Of a DNA stretch of 64,000 nt, positions 48,378 through 58,225 are shown piece after piece. Every line of letters starts with the position of its first letter. Position 1 is the first letter of the stretch. This stretch comes from an uncultured Nitrospiraceae bacterium (lineage in GTDB: Bacteria > Nitrospirota > Thermodesulfovibrionia > Thermodesulfovibrionales > SM23-35): assembly GCA_937138415.1 (NCBI GenBank), contig CAKZPA010000033.1, forward strand, positions 44,606-108,605, read 5' to 3'. A model generated the notes under the pieces. The model ran no database searches. It had not been told where the DNA came from and saw only the letters and a program-made list of their open reading frames with translations. The position numbers were made by a program, and so were the translations under genes.

Positions 48378-49271
48378 ATGTACGTTTACGTGAACGGGAA
48401 GATAGTTCCCTCGAAAGAAGCTGTTGTCTCAGTTTTCGACCATGGTTTCCTTTACGGTGACGGCGTCTATGAAACGCTCCGTGTCTACGATGGCGTCGTC
48501 TTCAAAATCGATGAACATCTTTGGAGGCTTTTTCGGTCTGCGTCGCTCATCGGCCTTTCGATTCCTTTGGACGCGAACCACCTCAAACTCGCGCTCTACG
48601 ATACCCTGATGGCCAACGCGTTGCGGAACGCGTATCTGCGGCTGACCGTGACACGGGGCAAAGGTCCTATCGGGCTCGACCCGGATCTCTGCCCGCAGCC
48701 GACGATCGTCATCATCGCGCAAGAATTCAGGGAATACCCGAGGGCGTATTATGAACAGGGCATCCACCTCATCATCGCGAAGACCAGACGGAATGACCGC
48801 CGGGCTATCAATCCACAGATCAAATCGCTGAACTTCTTGAACAACATCCTTGCAAAGATCGAAGCGAAGAAGAACAATGCTCACGAAGCACTGCTCCTCA
48901 ACAGTCGGGGCAATCTCACCGAAGGCACGATCAGCAATATCTTCTTCTATAGCGATGGCATTCTGTGCACCCCTTCCGTTGACTGTGGCATTCTCGATGG
49001 CATCACGAGAAGTCTTGTGCTCGACCTTGCGTTACGCGAGGGAATCGCCGTGCGCGAAGCGAAATATACGAAGAAAGACATCTATTCCGCAGAGGAGGCC
49101 TTTATCACGAATACGACGATGGAGGTAATGCCGGTGTCGCGGATCGACGAACGGGTTTTCCCCGTGGGCAGGATTTCGCGTCTGCTGCGCACGGCCTACC
49201 GCAACGAAGTGCGCGCCTACTGTGCACACGTCAAAGCGAAAGGCCCTTCACTCTGGGCCGAGGAGACATAA
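48378..49271 (+). CDS. ilvE: class IV aminotransferase (branched-chain amino acid / D-amino acid type)
   Basis: FDHGFLYGDGVYETLRVY, the K..N...N.LAK.EA region and E.T.SN.F motifs. Substrate specificity cannot be set from the sequence alone. Confidence 0.75.
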   Translation: MYVYVNGKIVPSKEAVVSVFDHGFLYGDGVYETLRVYDGVVFKIDEHLWRLFRSASLIGLSIPLDANHLKLALYDTLMANALRNAYLRLTVTRGKGPIGLDPDLCPQPTIVIIAQEFREYPRAYYEQGIHLIIAKTRRNDRRAINPQIKSLNFLNNILAKIEAKKNNAHEALLLNSRGNLTEGTISNIFFYSDGILCTPSVDCGILDGITRSLVLDLALREGIAVREAKYTKKDIYSAEEAFITNTTMEVMPVSRIDERVFPVGRISRLLRTAYRNEVRAYCAHVKAKGPSLWAEET

Positions 49272-49275
49272 AACA

Positions 49276-50490
49276 TCAGAGATGCCGTTCGATGCGGCCC
49301 TTCTGATCGACGATTTCGTATTCGAACTTCTCGGGCTTTCTCCCGAAACAGATCCCGAGGCTTTCGAAAATCGCGATCTCGCTCACGTTGACCTCTCTCC
49401 TCTTGATCGCCTCTTCGGTGCGCAGACAGAATATTCTGTTGCCATCGACGTTGACGACCGTATGGCCGACTTTTCCTTCCAGGAGCAGGAAAACAGCCGC
49501 GGCACCCGCCTTATAGCCGAAATTCACGTCCCGCGCAGAAGAGTGCCCTGAACGGACGAGGTGGCCAGGCGTCACCTCTCGGACCTCCGGCGCCTCGTAC
49601 ACACCGGGTGCGAACATGCCCGTTCTCTTCATGAATGCCGCCACCACGGGATCCGATTTCAACCTCTTTTCGAGCTGCTGCCGCACGTACTTGCCCGCAC
49701 CCGCGAGCTTCCGATGCCCGAATGCGTCGGGCGGTATCGACTCGTCGTAGAGCAACTCCCCGTTGATGTTCTTGATGCCTTCTGCGACGACGATGATGTA
49801 CGTGCCTGCCTTCACGTCGCTTCGCTCGATCCGCGCAAAAAAGGTCGTTTTCATGTGCTCATAGAGAACGTCGAAATCGACCGGGATCTCCGGTATCAGG
49901 ATCGCGTCCGCCTCGGCACCGACACCGCCTCTGAACGCAGTATGTCCCACATAGCGTCCGAACACCTCGATGACGAGAATTCTGTTATGGCTCATGCCGG
50001 TCGTCTTGAGGTCGCGCGCAAACACCGCTATTCTGTTGATTGCGGAATCCCCTCCGACACTGTAAGACTGGAGGTCGAGATCCATCGTCTTCGGCACGTG
50101 AACGCAGGGAATCCCCTGGGATGAAAGATCGACCACGACGCTCCCGGTGTCATCGCCCCCGCTGATAACGAGCGCATCGATGCGGAACTTTTTCAGGCCG
50201 TCTTTGATCCGTTCGTACTTCTGGGGATCCGCGATCTTGCTGATCTTCACCCGCGAATGCCCCGCTTCGGAACCAGCCAATGAAGCCTCGATCTTGCTCA
50301 CCCTCTCCGCATTGAGAAAAACGACTTCGTCCAAATTGACAAGATTATAGAGACCCGCGTACCCGTGTGGAATCACGACAGACTCGATACCGAGCGCGTA
50401 TGCCTCGCGAGCGACGCCTTTTATGACGGCGTTCAGCCCTCCGCAATCTCCTCCACTCGTGATAACCCCTATTCTCCTAATCGAAGGCAT
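49276..50490 (-). CDS. pfp: 6-phosphofructokinase, probably PPi-dependent
   Basis: GVITSGGDCGGLNAV, GGDDTG (Asp at the position that is Gly in ATP-PFKs) and PKTMDLD (Lys instead of Gly). GAGGAGG RBS before ATG 50490. The track's 98-codon extension was rejected. Confidence 0.85.
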   Translation of the reverse strand: MPSIRRIGVITSGGDCGGLNAVIKGVAREAYALGIESVVIPHGYAGLYNLVNLDEVVFLNAERVSKIEASLAGSEAGHSRVKISKIADPQKYERIKDGLKKFRIDALVISGGDDTGSVVVDLSSQGIPCVHVPKTMDLDLQSYSVGGDSAINRIAVFARDLKTTGMSHNRILVIEVFGRYVGHTAFRGGVGAEADAILIPEIPVDFDVLYEHMKTTFFARIERSDVKAGTYIIVVAEGIKNINGELLYDESIPPDAFGHRKLAGAGKYVRQQLEKRLKSDPVVAAFMKRTGMFAPGVYEAPEVREVTPGHLVRSGHSSARDVNFGYKAGAAAVFLLLEGKVGHTVVNVDGNRIFCLRTEEAIKRREVNVSEIAIFESLGICFGRKPEKFEYEIVDQKGRIERHL

Positions 50491-50603
50491 ATCTAATCCT
50501 CCTCGAACAAGTTTTCTGTTGCCCCGTCGGGCGGTCGCGCGCCACCGATATTCTATCCCTTTCAGGGAGTCTCTGCAACGGGGAACCCTTGCGAGAGCGC
50601 TGT

Positions 50604-50633
50604 TTGCATTTCTCCATTCTTTTCTGCTATGAT
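50604..50633 (+). promoter_or_regulatory. candidate promoter of the acetate cluster
   Basis: TTGCAT (50604..50609), an 18-nt spacer, then TATGAT (50628..50633). This leaves a roughly 170-nt leader before the first sensor gene. Identified by eye only. Confidence 0.35.
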
Positions 50634-50790
50634 CATTTTCAGTAGAAGCCTCGTGTATCGGCAACGAGCGAAAAAATTCCGACCTTTGCTGATACAGAGG
50701 CTCTTTTATCCTAAGGCAGTTTTCTATGCGTTCGAACGGTACATGGCATAGAACCTTCACCATTGCCTCTTTCTCGACTCGCAAACAGAC

Positions 50791-52707
50791 TTGCCCGGAA
50801 GGAAAAACCCCGTGATCATCGAAGAAGTCATTGAATTTCTGAGAAAGATTCCTCCTTTCCAGTTTTTAGACGAACTCACGTTGAAAAACCTCATCGGCGA
50901 TCTTTCGATGGAATTTTACCCGAAGGGTTCCATCATCCAGTACCAGGGCGGTCCTGCGCCAAAGTTCATTTACGTCATCAAGAAGGGCGAAGTGAAGGTC
51001 GTCATCAAGAAAGAGAACGAAGAGGTTTTTGTCGATTATCGTGGAGAAGGAGATCTCATCGGTTATCTGCTCATATTTGGCGGTGACAGGGCCCGTGCAA
51101 CGGTCACCGCGATCGATGACACGATCTGCTACCTGATCAAACGAGAAACGGTACAGAACATATTGAACTCCAATCCGAGTGTCAGGGAATTTTTCCATAA
51201 ATCTTTCCTCAAACGGTATCTCGACAAGACTTTCTACGAAATACAGAACAAAAACCTGGTTTACGGCGGGGATCGGATCCTCTTCACGATGCCGGTCGGC
51301 GAATTGGCCTCGAAGGACGTCATTCAGGCGTCGCAGAATATCTCGATTCAGGAGGCGGCGCAGATCATGTCAGATTACCGAATCAGCTCGCTCATCCTCG
51401 TCGACGAGAAGAACACCCCGACGGGCATTATCACGGACAGGGATTTGAGAGACAAGGTCGTCGCGAAAGGCAGGAACTACAGCGACCCCGTTCACAGCAT
51501 CATGAGCTATCCGAGCGTGCGAGCGGACGTCAAGGATTACTGTTTCGAGGCGATCCTGAAAATGGTGAAACACAATGTCCACCACCTACTCGTCATGAAA
51601 GAAAACAAACTTCGCGGGATTCTCACGAATCATGATCTGATGCTCATTCAGGGGACATCGCCCCTCTCGATCGTGAAGGACATCGAAAGCCAGAATACGA
51701 TCGATGCGCTCGTCCCCGTGTCGAAGAGGATCAACAATATCATCGGGATACTGCTCAGCGAAGGGGCGAAAGCCAGCATCACAACGAGGATCATTACGGA
51801 GATCAACGATCGTCTCATCAGGAGAATCCTCGAAATTGCGGAAGACCGCTTCGGTGAGCCTCCCCTCCCGTACTGTTGGATCGTTTTCGGAAGCGAAGGT
51901 CGCAAAGAGCAGACCTTCAAGACGGACCAGGACAACGCGCTCATTTATCACGATCCGGCAGACCCGGGAACGGAGGATGCCGCGAAGGAGTATTTCAGGG
52001 ATTTCACGTTGTTCGTCAGGGATGCACTCGTCAAATGCGGGTTCCCACTCTGTCCCGCGGACTTCATGGCGTCCAACCCCCTCTGGAGGCAACCCCTCCA
52101 CATCTGGAGGAAGTACTTCATCAACTGGATCTCGACGCCGACTGCGGATGCCGTCCTCAATTCTATCACCTTTTTCGACTTCAGGGCGGTGCACGGTGAG
52201 ACAAGGCTCCTTGACTGGTTAAAGGAATACACGCTCTCCTTGGCGATGAACTCCAAGATATTCCTCGGTTACATTGCGAACCTGGCGATCAAGAATATGC
52301 CGCCCATCGGCTTCCTTAAGACGTTCGTCGTCGAGAAGAGCGGTGAACACAAGGATAAACTGAACATCAAGGTGAAGGGACTGGCTCCCCTCATCGATAT
52401 CGTCCGCCTTTTCGCCCTCGAAAAAGGGATGCCGGAGACCTCCACCGTCGAGAGAATTCACGCTCTCCGCGATAAGCACTCGATCGTCAGGGAATACGCG
52501 GACGAACTGCTTCACGCGTTCGAATTCATGATGCTGCTCCGCATTCAGAACCAATATGCGCAAATGAAGGAAGGAACGGATATCAATAACTTCATCAACC
52601 CGAACAAGCTCAGCAATCTCGAAAAAAAGATCGCGAAAGAGACGTTCCAACTTATCTCGACCATTCAGAACCTCATCATCGAGCGGTACAAGGCGATGAT
52701 CTGGTAA
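50791..52707 (+). CDS. cNMP-binding / CBS-pair / DUF294 nucleotidyltransferase signal protein, copy 1
   Basis: N-terminal cyclic-nucleotide-binding-like beta-roll (GEGDLIGY), two CBS motifs (ISSLILVD...GIITDRDL; HHLLVM), the pol-beta NTase motif FGSEGRKEQTFKTDQDNA, and a DUF294_C-like helical C-terminus. GTG 50812 with an upstream GGAAGGA may be the true start. Confidence 0.85.
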   Translation: MPGRKNPVIIEEVIEFLRKIPPFQFLDELTLKNLIGDLSMEFYPKGSIIQYQGGPAPKFIYVIKKGEVKVVIKKENEEVFVDYRGEGDLIGYLLIFGGDRARATVTAIDDTICYLIKRETVQNILNSNPSVREFFHKSFLKRYLDKTFYEIQNKNLVYGGDRILFTMPVGELASKDVIQASQNISIQEAAQIMSDYRISSLILVDEKNTPTGIITDRDLRDKVVAKGRNYSDPVHSIMSYPSVRADVKDYCFEAILKMVKHNVHHLLVMKENKLRGILTNHDLMLIQGTSPLSIVKDIESQNTIDALVPVSKRINNIIGILLSEGAKASITTRIITEINDRLIRRILEIAEDRFGEPPLPYCWIVFGSEGRKEQTFKTDQDNALIYHDPADPGTEDAAKEYFRDFTLFVRDALVKCGFPLCPADFMASNPLWRQPLHIWRKYFINWISTPTADAVLNSITFFDFRAVHGETRLLDWLKEYTLSLAMNSKIFLGYIANLAIKNMPPIGFLKTFVVEKSGEHKDKLNIKVKGLAPLIDIVRLFALEKGMPETSTVERIHALRDKHSIVREYADELLHAFEFMMLLRIQNQYAQMKEGTDINNFINPNKLSNLEKKIAKETFQLISTIQNLIIERYKAMIW

Positions 52708-52713
52708 CGCCGC

Positions 52714-53415
52714 ATGCTGGACTTTTTTAAGATCAAGAGAGACACGCCGTTGCCTTTTAAGAGCGAAACCCTGATCACGGAATCGACGTACGTCGTCATC
52801 GATACTGAACTGACCGGTCTCAACCTCCGGAAAGATGAAATCATTTCCATCGGCGCTGTCAAAATGTTCGGTCAGCGTATCGACCTCGGCGACACGTTTC
52901 ACCGCCTCATAAAACCGTCGACGGCTTTCAACCCGGAGAGTGTCATCGTGCACGGGATCACTCCTTCCGATGTCCGCGAGGCCGAATCGATCGACACCAT
53001 TCTCTCGGAATTCATAGACTTCTGCGACGACAACATCTTGCTCGGCCACTGCATCTTGATCGATATCAACTTCATCAATAGAGAGATGAAGAGGGTTCTC
53101 GGGATAGAACTCCGGAACGCAGCCATCGACACGTTTCACGTCTACGAATGGTTGAGACACAGGCAATCGGAAGATCGTTGTTTTGCGTCTCCGCCGAAAG
53201 ACGCTTCGCTCAACGAGATCGCGCACTGTTTCGGGATCTCCGTGCGCAGGGCTCACGATGCCCTCATGGATGCATTCATCACAGCGCAGCTCTTCCAGCG
53301 CTTCATCCCTCTGCTCGGACGATTCGGCGTCGTCTCGGTAGGGGACCTATGCCGACTGGGCAATCCGAAAGGAGGGGATCTTTTCAGGAAATCGGGCGAG
53401 ATAGCGAATTTTTGA
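52714..53415 (+). CDS. DnaQ-like DEDDh 3'-5' exonuclease domain protein, copy 1
   Basis: ExoI VVIDTELTGL, ExoII LLGHCILIDINFI and ExoIII HDALMDAFITAQLF. 233 aa, lying 6 nt after the stop of the upstream NTase gene. Confidence 0.85.
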   Translation: MLDFFKIKRDTPLPFKSETLITESTYVVIDTELTGLNLRKDEIISIGAVKMFGQRIDLGDTFHRLIKPSTAFNPESVIVHGITPSDVREAESIDTILSEFIDFCDDNILLGHCILIDINFINREMKRVLGIELRNAAIDTFHVYEWLRHRQSEDRCFASPPKDASLNEIAHCFGISVRRAHDALMDAFITAQLFQRFIPLLGRFGVVSVGDLCRLGNPKGGDLFRKSGEIANF

Positions 53416-53458
53416 ACAGGGAGAATCAATTTGACATCATGGGAGGAGGGCACTCACA

Positions 53459-53767
53459 TTGAGGAAAAAGTTTACCACGCGCGACATTCTCGAAGACGCT
53501 GACTTCAAATCTCTCTCAAGCCAGAAAAATACGATTTCGGTGATCCTCACGATTTTAGAGTTGTCGATTTACTTTGGGTTCATTGCGCTGATCGCCTTCA
53601 ACAAACCGTTCCTCGCTTCGAAGCTTTCCGGAGCGATCACGATCGGCATCCCCATCGCAGTGGGAACCATCATTCTTTCCTGGATTTTAACGGGCATCTA
53701 TATCCGCTGGGCAAATAGCAGGTACGACACCCTCGTCAAAAAAGTGAAAGAAAAGTTAGGAGCGTAA
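53459..53767 (+). CDS. yjcH: DUF485 inner-membrane protein (YjcH-like)
   Basis: 102 aa with two TM helices, immediately upstream of actP (1-nt gap) as in acs-yjcH-actP loci. TTG start preceded by GGGAGGAGGG. Confidence 0.8.
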   Translation: MRKKFTTRDILEDADFKSLSSQKNTISVILTILELSIYFGFIALIAFNKPFLASKLSGAITIGIPIAVGTIILSWILTGIYIRWANSRYDTLVKKVKEKLGA

Positions 53768-53768
53768 C

Positions 53769-55502
53769 ATGCACGAGACCGCCCAAACGATTATCGGACA
53801 ATTCAATCCTGTCGCGGTGATGTTTTTCTGCATATTTGTGGCCTCGACTTTTATCTTAACATACTGGGCGGCGAAGCGAACGAGAACGACAAAAGACTTC
53901 TATGCAGCCGGTAAAAGCATCACGGGGTTCCAAAATGGCCTCGCGTTGGCGGGCGACTACATGAGCGCCGCCTCGTTTCTCGGCATCGCCGGCCTCGTCT
54001 CGACGAAAGGCTACGACGGCTTGATTTACTCCGTTGGCTGGCTCGTCGGTTGGCCGATCATCATGTTCCTCATATCGGAACCGTTGAGAAACCTCGGCAA
54101 ATACACCTTCGCCGATGTCGTTGCCTATCGTCTGAATCAGAGACCCATTCGGGCGGCGGCAGCCGCGGGCTCTCTCGTCGTCGTCGTCACGTATCTCATC
54201 GCACAAATGGTGGGAGCGGGGACTCTCATACGGCTCATGTTCGGTCTCCCCTATGAAATTGCCGTCGTGATCGTGGGGACACTCATGATCTCTTACGTGC
54301 TTTTCGGCGGGATGATCGCGACGACGTGGGTGCAGATTATCAAGGCCGTCTTGCTCCTTAGCGGAGCGACCATACTCGTGTTTATGACGCTCTACCACTT
54401 CGGTTTCAGTTACGGAGAGCTCTTCAGGCAAGCGCAGGATTTGTACGGAGCAAAATTTCTCGAGCCAGGAGGACTCGTGACGAGCCCTCTCGATGCCTTT
54501 TCTCTGGGACTCGCCCTTATGTTCGGGACCGCCGGCTTGCCGCACATCCTGATGAGGTTCTACACTGTTCCCGACGCGAAGGAAGCGAGGAAATCGGTCT
54601 TTTACGCGACCGGATTCATCGGCTACTTTTACATCCTCACCGTTACCATCGGGTTCGGTGCCGCGGTCATCGTGGGGCAAAAACTCATTATGAGCATCGA
54701 CAAGGGTGGAAACATGGCGGGACCCCTCCTTGCGGAAGCCCTCGGCGGAAATCTCTTTCTGGGGTTCCTCGCTGCCGTCGCATTTGCGACGATTCTCGCT
54801 GTCGTCGCAGGGTTGACCATCGCAGGTGCATCCGCCTTCTCCCATGATCTTTTCGTCGGCGTCATACGACGAGGCATGACCGCCGAAAAAGAAGAGGTCA
54901 AGGTCGCAAAAATCGCCACGGTGGGTCTCGGTGTGACAGCGATTCTCCTCGGCATCCTGTTCAAGGGACAGAACGTCGCATTCCTCGTCGGGTTGACCTT
55001 CGCCATAGCAGCGAGCGCCAACTTCCCGGCACTCCTCATGTCTATCATGTGGAAAAGATTCACGACACTCGGAGCGGTCACGAGCATTTATACGGGACTC
55101 ACTGTCGCAACGGTTCTCCTGATATTGAGTCCGACCGTCTGGGTCGATATCATCCATAAGCAGGAAAAGGTCGCGGTCGAGAAAGAAATAAAGGCGATCG
55201 AGGAACCTCTGAAGGCCAGGATCGAGGCTCTGGAACAGCAGAAGGTCGGCGCCGACGCTTCCCTCGTCACCCAGATCGACGCCGTAATCGCATCGGAGAA
55301 ACAGGCGGCCGAGTCCCTCATCAACGAGGCGAAAGCGAAAATTCCGAAGCCAATATTCCCTCTGAATAACCCCGGTATTTATTCGATGGCTGCGGCTTTT
55401 CTCACCGGGATTTTCTTCTCGCTCGTGAGGCGCGATGAGGAAGCGGAAGCGAAATTCGAGGAGGAGAAATTGAGAACGTTTATCGGTATCAGGGCGGAAT
55501 GA
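53769..55502 (+). CDS. actP: cation/acetate symporter ActP (SSS family)
   Basis: [31 protein letters not shown]-terminal signature, [14 protein letters not shown], and 13-14 TM helices. 577 aa, with a hydrophilic insertion before the last TM helix. Confidence 0.92.
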   Translation: MHETAQTIIGQFNPVAVMFFCIFVASTFILTYWAAKRTRTTKDFYAAGKSITGFQNGLALAGDYMSAASFLGIAGLVSTKGYDGLIYSVGWLVGWPIIMFLISEPLRNLGKYTFADVVAYRLNQRPIRAAAAAGSLVVVVTYLIAQMVGAGTLIRLMFGLPYEIAVVIVGTLMISYVLFGGMIATTWVQIIKAVLLLSGATILVFMTLYHFGFSYGELFRQAQDLYGAKFLEPGGLVTSPLDAFSLGLALMFGTAGLPHILMRFYTVPDAKEARKSVFYATGFIGYFYILTVTIGFGAAVIVGQKLIMSIDKGGNMAGPLLAEALGGNLFLGFLAAVAFATILAVVAGLTIAGASAFSHDLFVGVIRRGMTAEKEEVKVAKIATVGLGVTAILLGILFKGQNVAFLVGLTFAIAASANFPALLMSIMWKRFTTLGAVTSIYTGLTVATVLLILSPTVWVDIIHKQEKVAVEKEIKAIEEPLKARIEALEQQKVGADASLVTQIDAVIASEKQAAESLINEAKAKIPKPIFPLNNPGIYSMAAAFLTGIFFSLVRRDEEAEAKFEEEKLRTFIGIRAE

Positions 55503-55571
55503 CACATTCGTCCCCGATGGAGACCGTCACCCCCTCCTCCGGAGGGAGGGCATAACACGGTACGCGTAATC

Positions 55572-57494
55572 ATGGACAATGACAATTGGACGATTCGCGC
55601 GAGAGAGTTCCTCGAGAAAACCCCACCTTTTCAGTTTCTCGAGCCTTCGGATCTGGATCGTCTCGCAGAGAGCATCCAACCCATGTCTTACGCCAAGGGG
55701 ACTCGCATTCTCTCCCAGGATGGTCCGCCGAGCGCATTCCTTCAGGTTATCTATCAAGGCGCGGTCAAAGTAACACGGACGACCGAGAACAGCGAGGAGA
55801 TGTTCATCGATCTGCGGGGCGAGGGAGATACCATAGGATTCCTCTCGCTGTTGAGCGGCGACCGAGCGAAGGCAAACGTTGTTGCGATCGAGGACACGCT
55901 CTGTCTGCTCATCGATAAAGAGACGGTCCTTCACCTCATTGCGTCGAATCCCTTTTTCTCGGAATACTTCATCACGTCTCATCTGACGCAATATGTCGAG
56001 AAGCCGCTTGCCCTGGCGGGAACGCGGCTTCTCCACTACACGAGCAGCAACAAGTTGCTCTACAAGACGCACATCGGTGACCTCGCTCTGAAAGAAGTGG
56101 TGATGGTGCGCGATTCCGCGACCATTGGGGAAGCAGCGCGGGAAATGTCGGACCGGGGAGTCAGTTCGCTGGTCATCGTGAACCACGACGAAAGCCCCGT
56201 CGGCATTATCACCGACCGTGATCTCCGCAGCAAAGTTGTCGCGGTGGGCAGAGATCCCTCGGAACCGGTACGGAACATCATGACGACCTCGCTCATAAAA
56301 GTCGACGCAGAGGATTATTTCTTCGAAGCCATTCTCAAGATGCTCGAGCACAACATCCACCATATGATCGTCGTAAAGAACGGGCGCTTCATAGGCACTT
56401 TTTCCAACCACGAACTCATGGTTCTCCAGGGGACTTCGCCGCTCACGATCGTCCGGGACATAGAAAGTCAGCAGACGATAGAAGGACTCGTGACAGGCTC
56501 GCGGGGCGTCGACAGCATCATTTCCCATCTCCTCGCGACTGGGGCAAAAGCGAGCGAAATCACGCGGATCATCACGGAAATCAACGAAAGACTCCTCCGG
56601 AGGCTCCTCGAACTGACGGAACACAAGCTCGGTGCCCCCCCGGTTCCTTTTTGCTGGATCGTGTTCGGGAGCGAAGGCAGAAAAGAGCAGACCTACAAGA
56701 CCGATCAGGACAATGCCATCATCTACGCAGACCTGCCCGCGGCGGCGGATCCCCGCGCGGTTGAAACGTATTTCGCGGCATTCGCAGAGCACATGAAGGA
56801 AGCGCTCCTCCGTTGCGGTTTCCCGCTCTGTCCCGGGAATTACATGGCGAGCAATCCTCAGTGGCGGCAGCCACTGAAAACCTGGGAACGGTATTTTTCG
56901 GCATGGATCGCGACGCCGACGAGTGAGGCGGTACTCGCCTCGTGCATCATTTTTGATTTCAGACCCGTGTACGGTGACTTTACCCTCGCGGATCGCTTGA
57001 AAAAACACCTCCTGCGCACACTCGAAGGACGAGATATTTTTCTGAAACTGATGGCGAACGTGGCGATTCAGGTACGTCCCCCCATAGGGTTTTTCAGAAC
57101 CTTTGTGGTAGAAAAGAGCGGCGAATTCAAGAATCAATTGAATCTCAAATTCACCTGTTTGGCACCGATCATCAACATGGTCCGCCTCTTCAGCCTCGAA
57201 CAGAGAATCCCCGAGACCTCGACGCTCGAGAGAATCCACGCTCTCAAGAAGAGTCACCCTGTAATGAAAGAATTTGGGGACGAGCTCGAACACGCGTTCG
57301 AGTTTCTCTCGCTCCTGCGCATCCGCCTTCAACACGAAAAGAAAGCGCGAGGGGAAGAACCGACGAATTACCTGAACCCGAAAGATTTGATTCCCTTTGA
57401 ACGCAAGCTGTTCAAAGAATCGTGCACGTTGATCGCGAAATTACAGGAGAAAATCAACAAGCAATATAATCCGGGGACGGGATCCATTCTCTGA
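55572..57494 (+). CDS. cNMP-binding / CBS-pair / DUF294 nucleotidyltransferase signal protein, copy 2
   Basis: Full-length paralogue of 50791..52707 (for example CWIVFGSEGRKEQTYKTDQDNAIIY and RIITEINERLLRRLLEL). The domain order is the same. Confidence 0.85.
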   Translation: MDNDNWTIRAREFLEKTPPFQFLEPSDLDRLAESIQPMSYAKGTRILSQDGPPSAFLQVIYQGAVKVTRTTENSEEMFIDLRGEGDTIGFLSLLSGDRAKANVVAIEDTLCLLIDKETVLHLIASNPFFSEYFITSHLTQYVEKPLALAGTRLLHYTSSNKLLYKTHIGDLALKEVVMVRDSATIGEAAREMSDRGVSSLVIVNHDESPVGIITDRDLRSKVVAVGRDPSEPVRNIMTTSLIKVDAEDYFFEAILKMLEHNIHHMIVVKNGRFIGTFSNHELMVLQGTSPLTIVRDIESQQTIEGLVTGSRGVDSIISHLLATGAKASEITRIITEINERLLRRLLELTEHKLGAPPVPFCWIVFGSEGRKEQTYKTDQDNAIIYADLPAAADPRAVETYFAAFAEHMKEALLRCGFPLCPGNYMASNPQWRQPLKTWERYFSAWIATPTSEAVLASCIIFDFRPVYGDFTLADRLKKHLLRTLEGRDIFLKLMANVAIQVRPPIGFFRTFVVEKSGEFKNQLNLKFTCLAPIINMVRLFSLEQRIPETSTLERIHALKKSHPVMKEFGDELEHAFEFLSLLRIRLQHEKKARGEEPTNYLNPKDLIPFERKLFKESCTLIAKLQEKINKQYNPGTGSIL

Positions 57495-58225
57495 TGAGCA
57501 AGCTCTTCGCGGATTACAAGAAAAAGATTTTCGGCGACCCGACGAGAAGAGGGGATCTGCCGCCAATTATCCAAAAACACCTGTCCGCTGCCGAGCGCAT
57601 CAGAACGGACGTGAGCCTCAGCGAGGGCACGTACGTCGTCTTCGATACTGAATTGACCGGTCTGAACGTGAAAAAAGATTCCATCGTATCGATCGGCGCA
57701 CTGAAGGTTTTCGGTACGAGGATCGACGTAGGCAATCCTTACTACAGGGTGGTGGAACCCCAGTCCGAGCTGACAGGCCGCAGCGTCGTCATACACGGTA
57801 TCACGCCGTCCGAAGCCGCGGAATGCCCCAGGATCGATAAAGTGTTACCAGAATTCCTCGACTTCTGCAGCGGCGGCATTATGGTCGGTCACTTCGTTTC
57901 GATCGACCTCGCATTTCTCAACAAAGAGATGGTCAGGCTCTTCGGCCTGCCGATCCAAAATCCCGGGATCGATACCTCTGTACTCTATCAATGGCTCCGC
58001 AAGAAAGAAGAAGATATTTGTGCCTTTTATGACGGCATCGGGGAAAATGTCGACCTGCTCACTCTCGCGAGTAAATACGATATTCCGATATCCGAAACGC
58101 ACAATGCGCTGAGTGACGCGTACGTCACGGCGCAACTTTTCCAACGCCTCGTTGTCGCCGTTTGCAGATTCGATGTCAAATTGGTCGAAGATCTTCTCAG
58201 GATCGGAAACCCGCGAAAGGGGTAA
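57494..58225 (+). CDS. DnaQ-like DEDDh 3'-5' exonuclease domain protein, copy 2
   Basis: ExoI VVFDTELTGL, ExoII MVGHFVSIDLAFL and ExoIII HNALSDAYVTAQLF. Its ATG overlaps the upstream TGA (TGATG). Confidence 0.85.
   Translation: MSKLFADYKKKIFGDPTRRGDLPPIIQKHLSAAERIRTDVSLSEGTYVVFDTELTGLNVKKDSIVSIGALKVFGTRIDVGNPYYRVVEPQSELTGRSVVIHGITPSEAAECPRIDKVLPEFLDFCSGGIMVGHFVSIDLAFLNKEMVRLFGLPIQNPGIDTSVLYQWLRKKEEDICAFYDGIGENVDLLTLASKYDIPISETHNALSDAYVTAQLFQRLVVAVCRFDVKLVEDLLRIGNPRKG

Noticed and set aside
50491-50784. A 98-codon 5' extension of the pfk ORF. Similar extensions occur for ask (32903..33010), the cytochrome c (23764..23976) and lolA (47417..47473)
   Set aside because: In each case the conserved N-terminus or signal peptide begins at an internal ATG that has a good Shine-Dalgarno sequence. 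The extensions are unconserved-looking and cover probable promoter regions.
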